DNA from: Hydrurus foetidus
Lineage: Eukaryota
Direction: 5' to 3'
DNA: 42,242 nucleotides
NCBI GenBank assembly: GCA_900617105.1
Contig: UYFQ01000465.1
Coordinates: forward strand, 1 to 42,242
Below are positions 1-12,750 of this stretch, piece by piece. The notes below the pieces were generated by a model that did not search any database, was not told the origin of the DNA, and saw only the letters and a list, made by a program, of their open reading frames with translations. Positions within the stretch are counted from its first letter, which is position 1; every line of letters begins with the position of its first letter. Both the position numbers and the translations under genes were made by a program.

Positions 1-83
1 AAACTGGAATCTGGGCGTATTGTACCTATTGTACCTAGTTAACCTAGACACATTGTATCCCCTAGGGATGCAATAAGGCTACA
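1..83 (-). repeat. 3' LTR of Gypsy element (partial)
   Basis: Matches 5417-5499 apart from a few small differences. Begins TGTAGCC on the minus strand, right after the PPT. Confidence 0.92.
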
Positions 84-102
84 CTACCCCTTCTTCCTTT
101 TT
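84..102 (-). other. Polypurine tract (plus-strand primer)
   Basis: Minus strand reads AAAAAGGAAGAAGGGGTAG immediately before the TG LTR start. Confidence 0.85.
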
Positions 103-269
103 GAAGATCTTTGAATGTATATACAGAAAAAAAGTATATGTATATATATATAGAGTATAAAAGATGAAACGATTATGTCAGACTTTTACTGACTAAACTC
201 TCCAAAAAAGACCCGTAGGTAAAAAAAATGGGAGAGAATCCTCATGGATAAAGTTTCAAATATATTAAG

Positions 270-3200
270 TCAACGATGTTGTTTATTGATTAATTTAGTC
301 ATGTTATTATGACGTAAATAATCATGAAGTTTATCAACATCACGAAGACTTGAATAAGGTTCCCAAGTGTTTTTGTCAGAAGGGTAATTTAACCATTTGA
401 CTAAAAACTCTATGTGGGTACGTTGATGTTTGCCACGATGATCAAGAATGTCTTCAACAAAGTATTCCATGTGATCACGTCGTGCAACATCTAACGGATT
501 TGTGATTGATGGGTCAAATAGAAAAGGTTTCATTGCAGAAACATGAAATTCTGAAGTTTTCTGAGTGACTAGATCATAAAGTGTGTAACGCGAATTTTCG
601 CCACTAACGACTTTTAATGGACCTCTCCAATGCGTGTGAAGACGTGAAGGAGGTGATCCATCGCGATAGTGCACCAAGACATAAGAGTCTTTGGATACTC
701 TACATGTTGAAAAATTTGAGACTGACTTTGATGAAGCAAATCTGTGCGAAGAAGTTCTTTAGCAGAAGCTTTAAGAAGACTGTCTTGCGTTTTGAGTAGA
801 TTGCTCATACGCTTTGACAAAGGTTTGTCATCAGTAACATTTCGCTCAGCAGGAGGTAAAAAAATCCTCTATCGAGTTTTAGTACATTTCCGAAAAGAAG
901 TTGAGAAGATGATATCTTTAAACGATCACTGTGATTAGAATTTAAAATTCGTTGCACAAATGGAAGTGATGTTTTATAATCTTCTAGTGTGACATTATCG
1001 AATGTTAATGCACGAAGATGTCTATTAACTTCTTTATTCATGCGCTCAACAATAGCATTTTCTTCTTTAGAGTATGCTAAAGTAAGACAATGTTGAGTGC
1101 CAATAAGAGTTAGAAACTCTTTGATAACTTCGGAAATGAAGTGTGGCCCATTATCAGAACGGAGTTGGAGAGGTGCGCCGAAACGACCGAAATGTTGCAA
1201 GAGGCATTTAGCTGTTGAAAGTGCCGTAGCATCTTCTGTATGAAACAGTTCAACCCATCTTGTGAACGTATCGATAATTACGAGTACGTACCCGCCGTCT
1301 GGAAACGGTCCTATGAAGTCTATGTTAAGGCATTCCATAGGTGTGTAAGTAGAAGTCGAGAAGCCATGAGCATTTATTGGTATCTTTAACATACTCATCT
1401 TCTGACAACACGAACAGTGATCTATGAACCACCTGACATGCTGTCGCATATATTGCCAAATTTCATTTTGTCTTTGAGACGCTTTAAAGTGCGCTCAGAC
1501 CGAAATGACCAACTTGTGAGTTGTGTACTTTACTGATTGTATTGTACTGCTCACGTGTTAGTTTGAATTTCTCAATAGTATTAGCAGTTATGATTGCTTC
1601 AGGAGTATATTCCTGAGGGAAATCAACCATATTATTACGACAGAGTCTAGACATCGAATCGGCTATATCATTGTTAGGTCCAGGTATATATTCAATTTTA
1701 AATGAATATTCGGATAAGGCCATAAACCACCGAACAATAATTGGATTTGAATTATCCTTGATGTATAACAAGTTACGATGATCTGTACGTAATATAAACT
1801 TACGATCACGTAATAGCGATTTTAAATACGTGCACGAATAAAAGATAGCATATGCTTCTTTCTGTATAACAGCCCAACGAAACTGAGCTTTGTTAAGTGA
1901 TTTACTGACAAATGCTATAGGCGTTTCTTGACCGTCAACTAATTGGAAAAGATAGGCACCTACACCATAGTCCGATGCATCAGTGTGCAAGTAAATCGGA
2001 TCGGTGTCACTTAAAAAGTGCATAGTCGTGCATTTTGAAATCTCGGATTTGATCAAATTGAATGCTCTTAGAGCTTCTATTGTCCAAGTTATTTTCTTAT
2101 ACTTATTGTAGTTAAGAAGCAGCTGATGTAACGGATATACAACAGTAGAAGCGTTTCTAACAAAGTCGTGAAAATAATTAACCAATCCTAAAAAACTTTT
2201 AAGTTGTTTAGATAGTACTGGTTTAGGAAAATCTAAGACAGTCCGTATTTTTTCTTGTGACATTCTAAGTCCATCTGCAGATAGAACTTTGCCAACATAG
2301 TCTATTTCGGCATAGCCTAGATAACACTTATTCGGTTTAAGGAATATTTTGTGTTTTCTAAAGCGTTCAAAAACAAGACGAAGTCTAGAAATGAGTTCGT
2401 CAATGTCTTTACCGAAAACATTGCAATCATCGATGTACATTTCGCATATAGAGTATATCAACCCTGCTAACACAACAGTCGTCATGATCTGTTGGAAATA
2501 GGAGGAGCTTGTTTTGGCCCAAAGGGTAAACGAGTGAATTGATATACTCCGCAGAAAAGTATGAATGCAGTATAAGCACGTGCAGCAAGTGTAAGTGGTG
2601 CTTGATGGTAACCTTGAGTGAGGTCAAGTACAGCAAACACTTTTGCTTTATGTGCACCTATTCTACGCAACATCTCACCGATGTGTGGAATAGGATGTGA
2701 TTTATCTTCGGTACAATTGTTGAGATTCCGAAAATCAATACACATGCGCTTAGTTCCATCAGATTTTGGAACTAGTAAAACTTGGCTATAATAAGCCGCG
2801 TTTGATTTTTCAACAATATTATGTTTTTCAAGTTTGTTAATCTGACTAAGAATGTCAGCTTGATCAACTGTTGATTTAGACCATGGAGGTTGTCTATTTC
2901 TAGGGACTCTCCATTGGTCGTCATTGACATGAAAGTCAAAGGGTGGAATATCAGCAGGAGTGGCCGAAAGTTCACTGCTAAATATATCCTTGAATTCGTG
3001 TACTAGTAACCGAAGTTTATTTTTCTGATCTTCATCACCTGCTAAGTTTATTAGCGAGAGTGGGTCAGTATCAGGAAATTCATCTATCCAAGGTGAAAAC
3101 GAGTCCTTGATCGAGTCGTCGATTTCATCCTCATCAGGGGGCACAGCCTCAAAAAGTCTTTCAGACTCTTGTATTAGTGAAGCTAGAATAACGTGTGTTT

Positions 3201-3675
3201 GGGTGACTGCCGGTTTCACCTTTTGGGTTAAAGGATCGACCTTTGGGGAGCCGTCGGAGGGTTGCAAATTCTCCTTAGGCTGACAGCCACACGTTATATC
3301 CACTTGCTCAGAAGATAAAACTTCCGCTAATGAGGTTGTGCTTGATGAAGCATTGGCAGATATTTGATCTGGGAATCGTGAAAACAAATTCAATTCGCGA
3401 ATTGTTTTTCGTCCCACTATTAGATCAAATTTTGAATCGTTTAAAACATAAGCCGTGATTTGAAAAGTATAATAATTATTTAAATCAGGGCAAAAATAAG
3501 AAAGAGTTAAGTCTATAGTGTCAGAAATATCATAACAATGATTATCTAATCCACTACAAACTTTACACAATTTCTTTGAAGAGTTCGAAACGAATTGTGT
3601 GAAATTATGTTAGTTATAATGCGGCGATGTATAAATTGCCAGCAAAAGAGCCGGTGTCCAGGAGAGTAAAGACTC
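270..3675 (-). pseudogene. pol: Gypsy pol (protease, RT, RNase H, integrase, chromodomain), broken into several frames
   Basis: LLDTGS protease (~3660). RT: KRMCIDFRNLN, LDLTQGYHQ, YIDD. RNase H: LHTDASDYGVGA, TDHRNL. IN: GHFG..CSCCQ, IDFIGP, SDNGPHF, ENAIVER. Chromodomain: FLVKWLNYPSDKNTWEP. Confidence 0.95.
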
Positions 3676-3677
3676 TA

Positions 3678-5168
3678 TTACTTTTTCCAGCATAACCTCC
3701 TGTGAGAGGGAGATATGAAGAAAGGAATAAGTTCTGGATCATCGGAAAGAATAGATGATGAATTTAGGTTGCATAGTTGCTCACCTTTGTGTTTCTTCGC
3801 AGGGTTTGTCGAGTCTGCTGTTGAAGTAGCAGGTTTTGACGAAGAGGAAAAGGAGGAAGAGGAAGACGATGAAGAAGAGGTCGATGGCTTAGGTAAAGTT
3901 GGAATAAACTTAGCCTTTGAATCGACTTTCAACAACTGCTTATGACCCTCAGAGTTGATGTAGGGTGAGTCTGTACTGTTATAGTACGGAGACGTAGTGT
4001 AGAAACACGTGGCGACGAAATGGCCTAATCTCCCACAACCTGTGCACAGAGGTCTTTCGAATTTGTCAGACTTGTCTGATTGCACAGATTGCTCGTCCTC
4101 TCGTGGACGTTTTTTGATTTTGTCCTGAGAGGAACGAGGAGGAGCTTTGATTTGGCGAGAGTTATCACCATACAAAGGAGAGACATCAATGAACCGTAAG
4201 GCATCAATTGATTCTCGTAGCTTAGCAAGCTGCGCAAGCCATACGAATCGAAAGTCTTCGATTGTAATGAGTCTTGGCGTTGTATTGTTAAGACTACGCT
4301 GTAACACTGCTCTCCAATTGATAGGTTCGACAGGCAACTTATCGATGAGAATTTTGGTTGCCTGAAGTTGGAGAGCGGGTGTTGCATCAGGGAATCCATC
4401 AACAATATCAGCTAAAAGCTGATCTGTCTTGTCTTCCACTGATTTATTCTTCAGGTCGAATTGAAGTGCGACCTGAGAAACAGTTTCAATGAAACTCAGC
4501 TTGTCAGTTCGATTGACAGCTGATGTAGGAACTGTGAGATTGAGTTCTCTACAGAACAATTGATTCGACCAATGTTTCCAATTGTTACAGGATCACGACG
4601 ATCGGATCTTCGCGAACTTACGCTTGAGAAGCGTTGTAAACGATTGATGGTTGGAAACATGGACTACGTCAACTGGTTTAAATGGAGTTCCATTTGAAAG
4701 GAGAACCTCCATTACCCGTAGTACTTCCTGACGAGAGGGCACGGCGCTCAACTTAGGAGCTCTCTCACCCGTCTGCACATATGCTGGTGTGGTTGAATCT
4801 GGTGTCGCAGACGAATCTGGTGTCTCAGCCGAAGCTGGTATCGCAGCCGAAGCTGGTGTCGCAGCCGAAGCTGGTTGCAATGACAACGCGGATAACGCAG
4901 AAATGACAGGAATATCAATGACAGACATGACCGCAGGCTCCGAATTCCGCTGAGGAATCGGTGCAGACAGGTCGCCGGCGGGGTCCTGAGCCGCAGGTGG
5001 CACAGGAGACTCGAAATCTCCGCCACGATTGTGGTGCTCATCATAACGTTGTCGGAAGGCGACGGCAACAGCTCGAGGTTGCTGTCGAGGCGGCTGCGTG
5101 GGCTGGTGCTTCTTCAGGCGGACGTTCCTGGCTTGACGAAGGAATGTTGGAAGAGGAGGCGAAGGCAA
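3678..5168 (-). pseudogene. gag: Gypsy gag, disrupted near 4560-4595
   Basis: CTGCGRLGHFVATC zinc knuckle (CX2CX4HX4C) and position upstream of pol. Split into ORFs 4593-5168 and 3678-4559. Confidence 0.82.
4783..4876 (-). repeat. 18-bp coding tandem repeat (~5 copies) in gag
   Basis: Encodes PASAAT/PASAAI/PASAET/PDSSAT/PDSTT. Confidence 0.85.
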
Positions 5169-5416
5169 CAGTTAGAAAGAGAAAAAAATTTCTCGGAGGA
5201 AACTTCGGTGAAGACCGAATATCGATATTATGGTCAGAACGGGGCCTAGGACGGAGGACGGAGGTTTCGATGGTTGACGGAGGATTAAAGATGGAGGCGT
5301 GGGACAAGAGAAGACGTTGCTAGGAGGGATAACGTTGTGTTTATAGTTTACAGTTAAAGGATAGGTGATGTACAGTCTCCTAACAGGGCGGGAGATCTAT
5401 GTAGAACTAAGACCTA

Positions 5417-5499
5417 AAACTGGAATCTGGGCGTATTGTACCTATTGTACCTAGTTAACCTAGACACATTGTATCCACCTAGGGATGCATAAGGCTACG
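5417..5499 (-). repeat. 5' LTR of Gypsy element (minimum extent; inner boundary unresolved)
   Basis: Direct repeat of 1-83. Its terminal TG reads CG here. Confidence 0.88.
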
Positions 5500-5950
5500 C
5501 CCAAATGGATATTGAGGGAGTCGCGACCCGAAATTCCTGTGGTGATGTAAGTTGTGAGCGACTGAATAGTGTCACTCCTATTCTCGCAAAACGTACGGGT
5601 GATACACCGCACCTAGGTACCAGATTCCCACCCTTACACACATACCTTTGGGGAATCTGATACCCTCGACTATGTCACTGAGCCTTTATGGCCCAGTGGT
5701 GTCACACTCTCAGTTGACGAGATTGACGATGGTAAGATAGACACGTTCGCCCCCTTCTTAGCTGAAAAACCTAGTCAAGATGACTTGCCCAAGGGGCCAG
5801 AGGATTTCCTCAAGGAGATTACTTTTGAGGGAGATGAAAGCTTTCAGAGGAAGCTCCGTGAGCTCTGTTCTGAATATTCAGACATTTTTAGTGATCAGTT
5901 AGCTGAGAAACCAGCATCACTCAAACCTTTTGAGATCAACATTCCACTTG
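5500..5950 (+). pseudogene. Fragment of a second, related Gypsy pol (PR-RT linker)
   Basis: EIDDGKIDTFAPF...EGDESFQRKLRELCSEYSDIFSDQLAEKPASLKPFEINI aligns by eye with EIDDSIKDSFSPW...AGDEDQKNKLRLLVHEFKDIFSSELSATPADIPPFDFHV of ORF 2482-3570. It stops exactly at the Copia LTR start. Confidence 0.85.
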
Positions 5951-6863
5951 TGTCAGACCACTTGATTCTATCAAGCTATGTCTGTGGTAATATAGTTGCA
6001 AATATAGTTACAAATATATACATGTACGTTATGCGGCACGTACGTACGTAAGTACACATGCAGATATGATAACATGCACACGTACACACGTACTTATACA
6101 TGTTAGTGCATACTCATTTATGCATACGTACACATATGCACTTACACATGTACGTACATAGTCAATATGTATGTACCTACGTACGCATGCATGTAGCATA
6201 GCGTACACTTGTATGGTCACGTACACACGTACATACGTACGTGCACATGTTAGTACAAACTATTATATGCATACGTACACACACGTACCTACACATGTAT
6301 GTACATATCTAATATGTACGTATGTACGATCGCCAATAGCGTAGTACATAGATGTATAGGCGTACATACGTAAGTACCACTGTACTTACGCATGTACGTT
6401 CTTATACATACACATGCATACGTACTCCTATAATATCGCCATATAGCAGTTAGTACTCACGCATGTACGTTCATATACATATACATGCATACGTACCCCT
6501 GTACTATCGCCATGTATCAGTTAGTACGAACCCTCTGACCTCACGCAAATGAACGTTCGCCTTTCATGATTCTTCAGTATCGCCAAAACACTTCGTTACT
6601 ATAAGCATTCATGCAACGTTCCTCAAGCACATGCTATGAACAACACATCTCGCTGTGAACTTTGTCTCAAGGTAGTTTCACTGTCATGAACTGTTCTGAT
6701 AGCTCTTTTGCGTGGCTATCTGTAAACTCTAATCAGAATTTAATACGTTGTACTTCACAGCTTCGTCTACTCGATAGCTCACTGAATTGAGACAGTAGCC
6801 TGCAGCTGCTTCTCCACCTTCGCTGCGAACGCTAGAAGGTGACATCTTGTATTTAGTCTTACA
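5951..6863 (+). repeat. 5' LTR of Copia element (913 bp)
   Basis: Termini TGTCAGAC...GTCTTACA form a 7/8 inverted match. It interrupts the Gypsy fragment and is followed directly by TGG. No second copy is present to confirm it. Confidence 0.8.
6020..6527. repeat. Purine-pyrimidine alternating degenerate tandem repeats inside LTR
   Basis: ACGTAC/CATACA-rich. Two ~147-bp units (starting ~6077 and ~6218) and two ~70-bp units (~6386-6527). Confidence 0.8.
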
Positions 6864-6875
6864 TGGTAGCGATTG
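6864..6875 (+). other. Primer-binding site, probably initiator tRNA-Met
   Basis: TGGTAGCGATTG directly after ...CA. It implies a tRNA 3' end ...GCUACCA with an A1:U72 pair. Confidence 0.7.
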
Positions 6876-6950
6876 TTTATAGTGATTAAACGATTGCCGT
6901 GGATTCCAGGATTCTGAATTTCCTTCCTCAACTTTCAGAACCCTGCAATC

Positions 6951-9900
6951 ATGAGTGATAATGGATCTGAAGACGAGTTCGAGCTGTCCAACACAGACTC
7001 TCCGCCGGCTCTTGCCGACCTCCTTCAACATCCGTTCAGAACTCTGATCGAAGCAGCTCAACCCATCTTCACTGGTCGAGTTACAAGATCTAGGACAGGA
7101 GCAATTCCTCCTTTAGAAAATCCAAATAGTGATTTTCTAGACGAGGTGGAATTAGCCCTTCAAAATCAGGAGGTTGTTCCGACACCACCTTTAGCACCTC
7201 GGGCGCGGAATCTCGGAGCCACAGCGCCAACTTCATTTTCGGACAATTTGGAGGCTCAGGATGCAGAGACAAGATTTTCCTTCGCCGATATGGCAAGGCT
7301 TCTCGAAATCATGTCTGCTAAGATCCAACAGCCTCCACCGTTGGTCTCCCAACCGAAATCAACAATTGGATCTGCTCCGACTCCTATGGTATCAACGCCC
7401 AAGGCTTCTACTATCTTATCGGTGCCCATATCAGAATACCTGGATACCACCTCTGCGCAATCGAAATTCTTCTTTTCGATGCCCAAGTTTTCCAACTCTG
7501 GGAAGGACAACCGCGACAACATGGAAACTTTCATGGTCGCTCTAGGTGAATGTAAACTTCTTACATTAGCCAAAGGCGATCGTGAGTTACCAGTCATTAC
7601 TGCTCGGAACCCTGGAGGATACTCATCTAGGTCACTGGTATTAGCAGAAGAAGGATTGTATGATGTCATCCCAGCTGATGACATCTACAAAAGATTACAC
7701 GATTTGGATCGACTGTTGGTTATTCTCAATATGGTTACTGGGAAAGATCTACATTATTTGATCAAACGTGTGATTGCCGACAACGATGCGGTCTTATGGT
7801 TCAAGACTATCTACGATCACATCAACGGCACAAAGAACAGCGACATCAGGAAGGCAACGGATCAGCTCCACTCCCTGAAGCTCAAGTCCACACAAACCAT
7901 TCAGGAGAATGTGGCAACCATCGAAGAGGCCTTCAGAGTCCTCAAAGTCGCAAGTGGCGTGCCCGTCACTGATGATCAAAAGCTTTATCATCTACAAGAA
8001 AAGCTGGAGCATGATGCAAGATTCAGCGTCTTATCAATCATGGCCTCATCAAAGACGTCAAAGGCATCCTACGAAGACACCATCAAATATCTTGTGCTTC
8101 TTGATCCTGCCCCAGCGGTAGCTCACAAGATGGCTTCCCTCACTCCAACCTTGGAGCTGTGCAGACGTCATCGCTGGCCTATGTACCAACGGTTCCTCAT
8201 GCAAGTATTCACATGCAGCAGCGCCGCCAAACAAGGGAGCACCATCTGACAAGAAGCCCAACAAGAACCCACCTCCTCTCAAGAAAGATCAAAAGACTCC
8301 ACCGAAGTTTCCTTTCAAGAAACCAATCGTCGTGTCAGATTCCCATCGATCACTTGTTGGATATCCCAAAGGAGTTGCAACGGCAAAGAACCCAGCTGGA
8401 TACTCGCTGAACCAACTTACAACCATCAGGACTTTGCAATCTGCTGATGTCGACGGCTGGACAACAGGAGATCCTCAGTACTTCAATGGTGTTGGATCGA
8501 CCAACCACATTGATCGATTCAATGTTCTTCGCTTCAAGAAACCATCAACGAAGTCCATTGCAGAGTTCCCTAAATTCTACCATCTTGAGCCATTTCCAAG
8601 GCTTCGTGAGATCAGACGTCACTTGTTTACAATGCTCACCTCGGTCGAGAAGTACAACAGATTTGCCAGCTCATCTCCCACCGACTACGATGGATCCTCT
8701 ACTGATCCTCTCTCCGGGATTCTTGTAAGCTTCCAAGACTTGACGGCAGCTGAACCAAGGATGGTACACATCTTGGTTGCATTCACCTGGCTTTCAGAGA
8801 GTCCAACCATCTCAGGATCCGTGAGAATCCGTTAAGATGTTCGTACAGCAGACAAACGGCTTATGCGGATGCTGTACAAAATTGGAAACAGGTTCCTGAA
8901 CGCCGATGTGTTGATTCCAGATAGGGAGGGTTCCGAAAATTTCAGTTACATGAACTTCAACCCTCTCTCCGACAAATTTTATCATTCCGATGATTATGGA
9001 TTTTACCAGTCGAATATGAGAAACGTGGAGAAGTACTTTGTTGCTATCAGATACATCATGGAGCATCCTGATATATCATGGCGGCTTCTACGTATTCTCT
9101 CTCTGGCTATTATCTACGACTTCACGTCATTCTGCGCCCAGCTACTTCGTGATGCATTGCAAATGCAAGCTGACGAACCCCAGACAAGAGCAAACGTGGT
9201 ATTCACATTGAATACTTATCGATCCAACGCACAGTTCTCTGATCAGATAGTATTTCATGATGCTTTCTCTGCAATCATCAACAACATCAAGCGAATGCCT
9301 CCAGTACTACAGTCATATGCATTGCAGACAAGTCCAATCACGATATCATACTCACGTATGAGTGCCATCAACAGAGAGGACCTGCTCAGCGAGACGACTG
9401 ACCATACTGAAAAAAACGATGACGACAATGATGATGATGATGATGACGATGAGTATAGCGACGACGAATCAGGAAGTGATGATCAAGACATGACACCACC
9501 AGGGTCATCTTCTGATCATCACAAAAGATGTCAAGAAGATCTCACTCGATATAATCATCCATACGTTATGGGTCATAAGCGCAGTCTGTGGGCATCAATT
9601 CAGACTGATATCAAGCGTCTAGCACGCAGGAAAATCATCAAGACATCGGATGATAATGAGTTCAAGGAAACTCCTGGAACGTCAAGCTCTATGAATGCCC
9701 CACCAATGCTCCAAGACCCTCCTCTTGCTAGTGATGCTCTCGTACCAGCACTTAAGACTGCTGGTATACCACGTATGACTGCACCAGTCCAATACCCAAT
9801 CAAGGAGGAAGAGCAGCAGCCATTGCAACTGAAGCATCCACCCATGGTATTTGACTCTCAGCAATCCACGAAAGATATTTTGCATCCTCCAATGGCAGAT

Positions 9901-12750
9901 TTGGCAACCCCTGAGCCATATCGATTGCGCACTCCACCAGACAAATCACCATCAAGAGAATCAGTGTCTGCCACACGTCGTGCAAAGGCAAGAGCATTGC
10001 CCGAAAAGAATAGTCTCAACTTACTTACGGTAACAGACAAAGACAGTAAATTCATGTCATTCAAAAAGACAAGTCACAAGACAGTCATTGACAGTGGTGC
10101 ATCTACATCTGGCACTGGATTACGCAGCAGTCTCCGTGACCTTAGACCTACATCATGCAGTGTCTCAGCGGCTTTCGGGGAGACTGCCCAGCCTACTGAG
10201 ATGGGACTTCTCCCACCATTCATGCTCAAGACTATTGTCATTGACCAAATGAACGATACCACACTGCTCTCAGTGTCTCAAGCGTGTGCAAAAGGATTTG
10301 TGGGCATCTTCACCTCTAAGGACTGCAAGTTCTTAAATGCGATAGATGTCATCCCACACCTCCAGGACATCTCAAAGACAGCTCACCCAGTCATGAGTGG
10401 CAAGGTAGAGGAAGGCCTCTACTTGCTGGACTCCAACTGAGTGCGCCTAGCTCAACTCTTGGTCACGAGTGTAAAAGAGCTTTCGATTTACGACCACGTG
10501 CATCGCGTACTAGGACACCCTGGCGAAGAGGGTATGACCTGGCACCAACAGTACACCATAGGAGCACACTACTCCAACTTGGATGCATCTACACCAAGAC
10601 CCATATGCGCAGCATGCGTACAGGGCACGATGCGACAGACCTCTACGGACCATCTTCGTATACACCGTTTGCCATCTCCTTGTTACGGCAGTCAATTCTT
10701 ACTTGACGCATATACACATACACACTGGTCACAGGCCGGTTACAAGTACTGCGATATTATCACGGACTTATCTACAAGACGAAGTTATCCATGCTTCTAT
10801 AAGACGAAGTTATCCACAAGACCGGGGAGCTGCAGAACTTGTTAAAAGCTTCTCCACCCTCTTCCAATCACATCCTGAGTGGAAGCCCTCGCTTCCAGGC
10901 GTAGACCGATTCATCAGACCCGATGCAGAGAAATCATATCCGTCAGATGAATTCTTACAATGCCTACACAACGTCGGATATCGACTTGAGCCAACACCAC
11001 CTCGCGACAAACATGCAAATGGAATCGCAGAACGTGCAGTAGGCGTCTTATCGATGAAGTGCAACATCACCATGCAACCTTTAGGGATGTCAGTACCACA
11101 GAAGTTTTGGGATCTTGCCTTTGAGTATACATGCATCACTCATGCATTCAATTACCATTCGGCAATCAAGACATCACCGTATCATCTCATCACTGGAAAG
11201 CATGTAATCCTCAAGAACCTCAAGGCCTTTTGGAGCTTATGTTGGGTTCACATCGCGCTTGAAGATAGGAAAGGAAAAATCGGTTTTCCTCGTGCATACA
11301 AAGCCAGATTCGTTGGTTACGATTTATCGAGAACGCTCGAGCCTTGTTTTAAGGTCATCGAAATACTACCAACCGGAATCTTCGGCAAAATTAGGACAAG
11401 TAAGGACGTCATTTTCGACAAAGACAATAATTATAATTACACGGACGAGTACCCATCCGATCTTGACTTTTCTAATTTACACCAGAATATCAATAACGAT
11501 ATCTCTGCAGTCCTACCAGCTAACAAGGTAGTTGAAAAAGATTCTGAACAACAACTAGCAACTCCAGCTATTCCAGTACACCCTGTACCTGTAATACCTT
11601 GCATTATTCAGAATCGAACTCCTGAAAATCCTATTCCAGCGAAAATACATCCAAATGTAATTAACAATAATCAAAATGTTAATGAATCTGGATCGACTAA
11701 TGTCAAATCAACAAAACAGAATGTAGCGTTTGATCCGACACCAATTAGAGATACAAATAACAAATCCGATATCGATGATAATGACATTGGTATTAATACA
11801 CCAATTCAAAACATTGAAAATGACGATGCTGTCTACTGGTACTCTACTCATGTTAGAAATCACGAACATTTTCTCTCATTGATTGAAGCAAGTCATCACG
11901 AAAAACTCTTCATCAATTTCGATCAACTAAATGTGCCAAAATCATTCTGGAAAGCTATGGCTATACCTGAATGGAAAAACGCAATAGATACTGAATTAAA
12001 GAAATTCGAGAAGAACTCATGTTTACATGTAGTACCATACATTGACCAACACCTGGTACCAATGATGTGGCTTTTTAGTATAAAAACCGACGGTACGAAA
12101 AAGGCCCGTTTAGTGGGACGGGGAGATATGATGATACCACTCGTGGACTTCGACCCCGACGCCGCATACTGCGGAAATGTATCATCGTGTTCCATCAAGA
12201 TGGCACTAAGCATTGCAGCAGCATATGGACTAGTAATGAAAGGAGGTGACCTCATTGGTGCTTACCTCATTACAAGAGCAAATGTTAAGTTCCCGGTGCA
12301 CATAAAGACACCGCAGGGATACACTTGCCCACCCGGTTTCTGCTTTCAGGCTGTCGGCAATCTTTATGGATTCCCACCTGCAGGGCAAAACATTTCCATT
12401 GAGTTTGATATTTGTATCTTCGAGTGTGATTACAAGAACACACCATGGGACCTCAAGGTCTTCTTTAAATGGACATCAGATGGTAGACCCATGCTTATCA
12501 TCGCTCACAGTGATGACTTCAGATGGTTTGGTCCTTCGGACAAACTTGATGAATGGGATCTGATCATCGCCACCTTCAATGTACACAAGTATGAAGCCAC
12601 TGATGCAGCTGACAAGGAGTTCGTTGGTATTCGTATTCAGCGTGATGAAGATGGCACATATTATATGGATGAACATCGCATGATTGACTCAATAATAAAA
12701 GAGGCTAATATATCTGGTGCAAAGGACATGCACTTACCATACCCGACTGG
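6951..12750 (+). pseudogene. Copia gag-pol polyprotein with frameshifts (~8170, ~10800) and in-frame stops (8833, 10438)
   Basis: UBN2-like gag helices. PR: VIDSGAS. Zn-binding HRVLGHPG..CAACVQG. IN: RFIRPDAE, ANGIAERAV. RT: KKARLVGRGD, NLYGFPPAG, HSDD. Confidence 0.9.

Larger units (their letters stand above)
1..5499 (-). mobile_element. Ty3/Gypsy chromovirus-type LTR retrotransposon (3' LTR cut by window edge; ORFs frameshifted)
   Basis: Domain order gag(CCHC)-PR-RT-RNaseH-IN-chromodomain on the minus strand. Near-identical direct repeats at 1-83 and 5417-5499. Polypurine tract adjacent to the 3' repeat. Confidence 0.96.
5951..12750 (+). mobile_element. Ty1/Copia LTR retrotransposon, 3'-truncated (no RNase H or 3' LTR)
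   Basis: LTR and PBS followed by gag-PR-IN-RT order. RT similarity ends near LPYPTG (~12750). Confidence 0.92.

Noticed and set aside
6020..6527. CRISPR-like array or coding ORF 6029-6226
   Set aside because: No constant repeat with unique spacers. It is a degenerate simple repeat inside a eukaryotic LTR.
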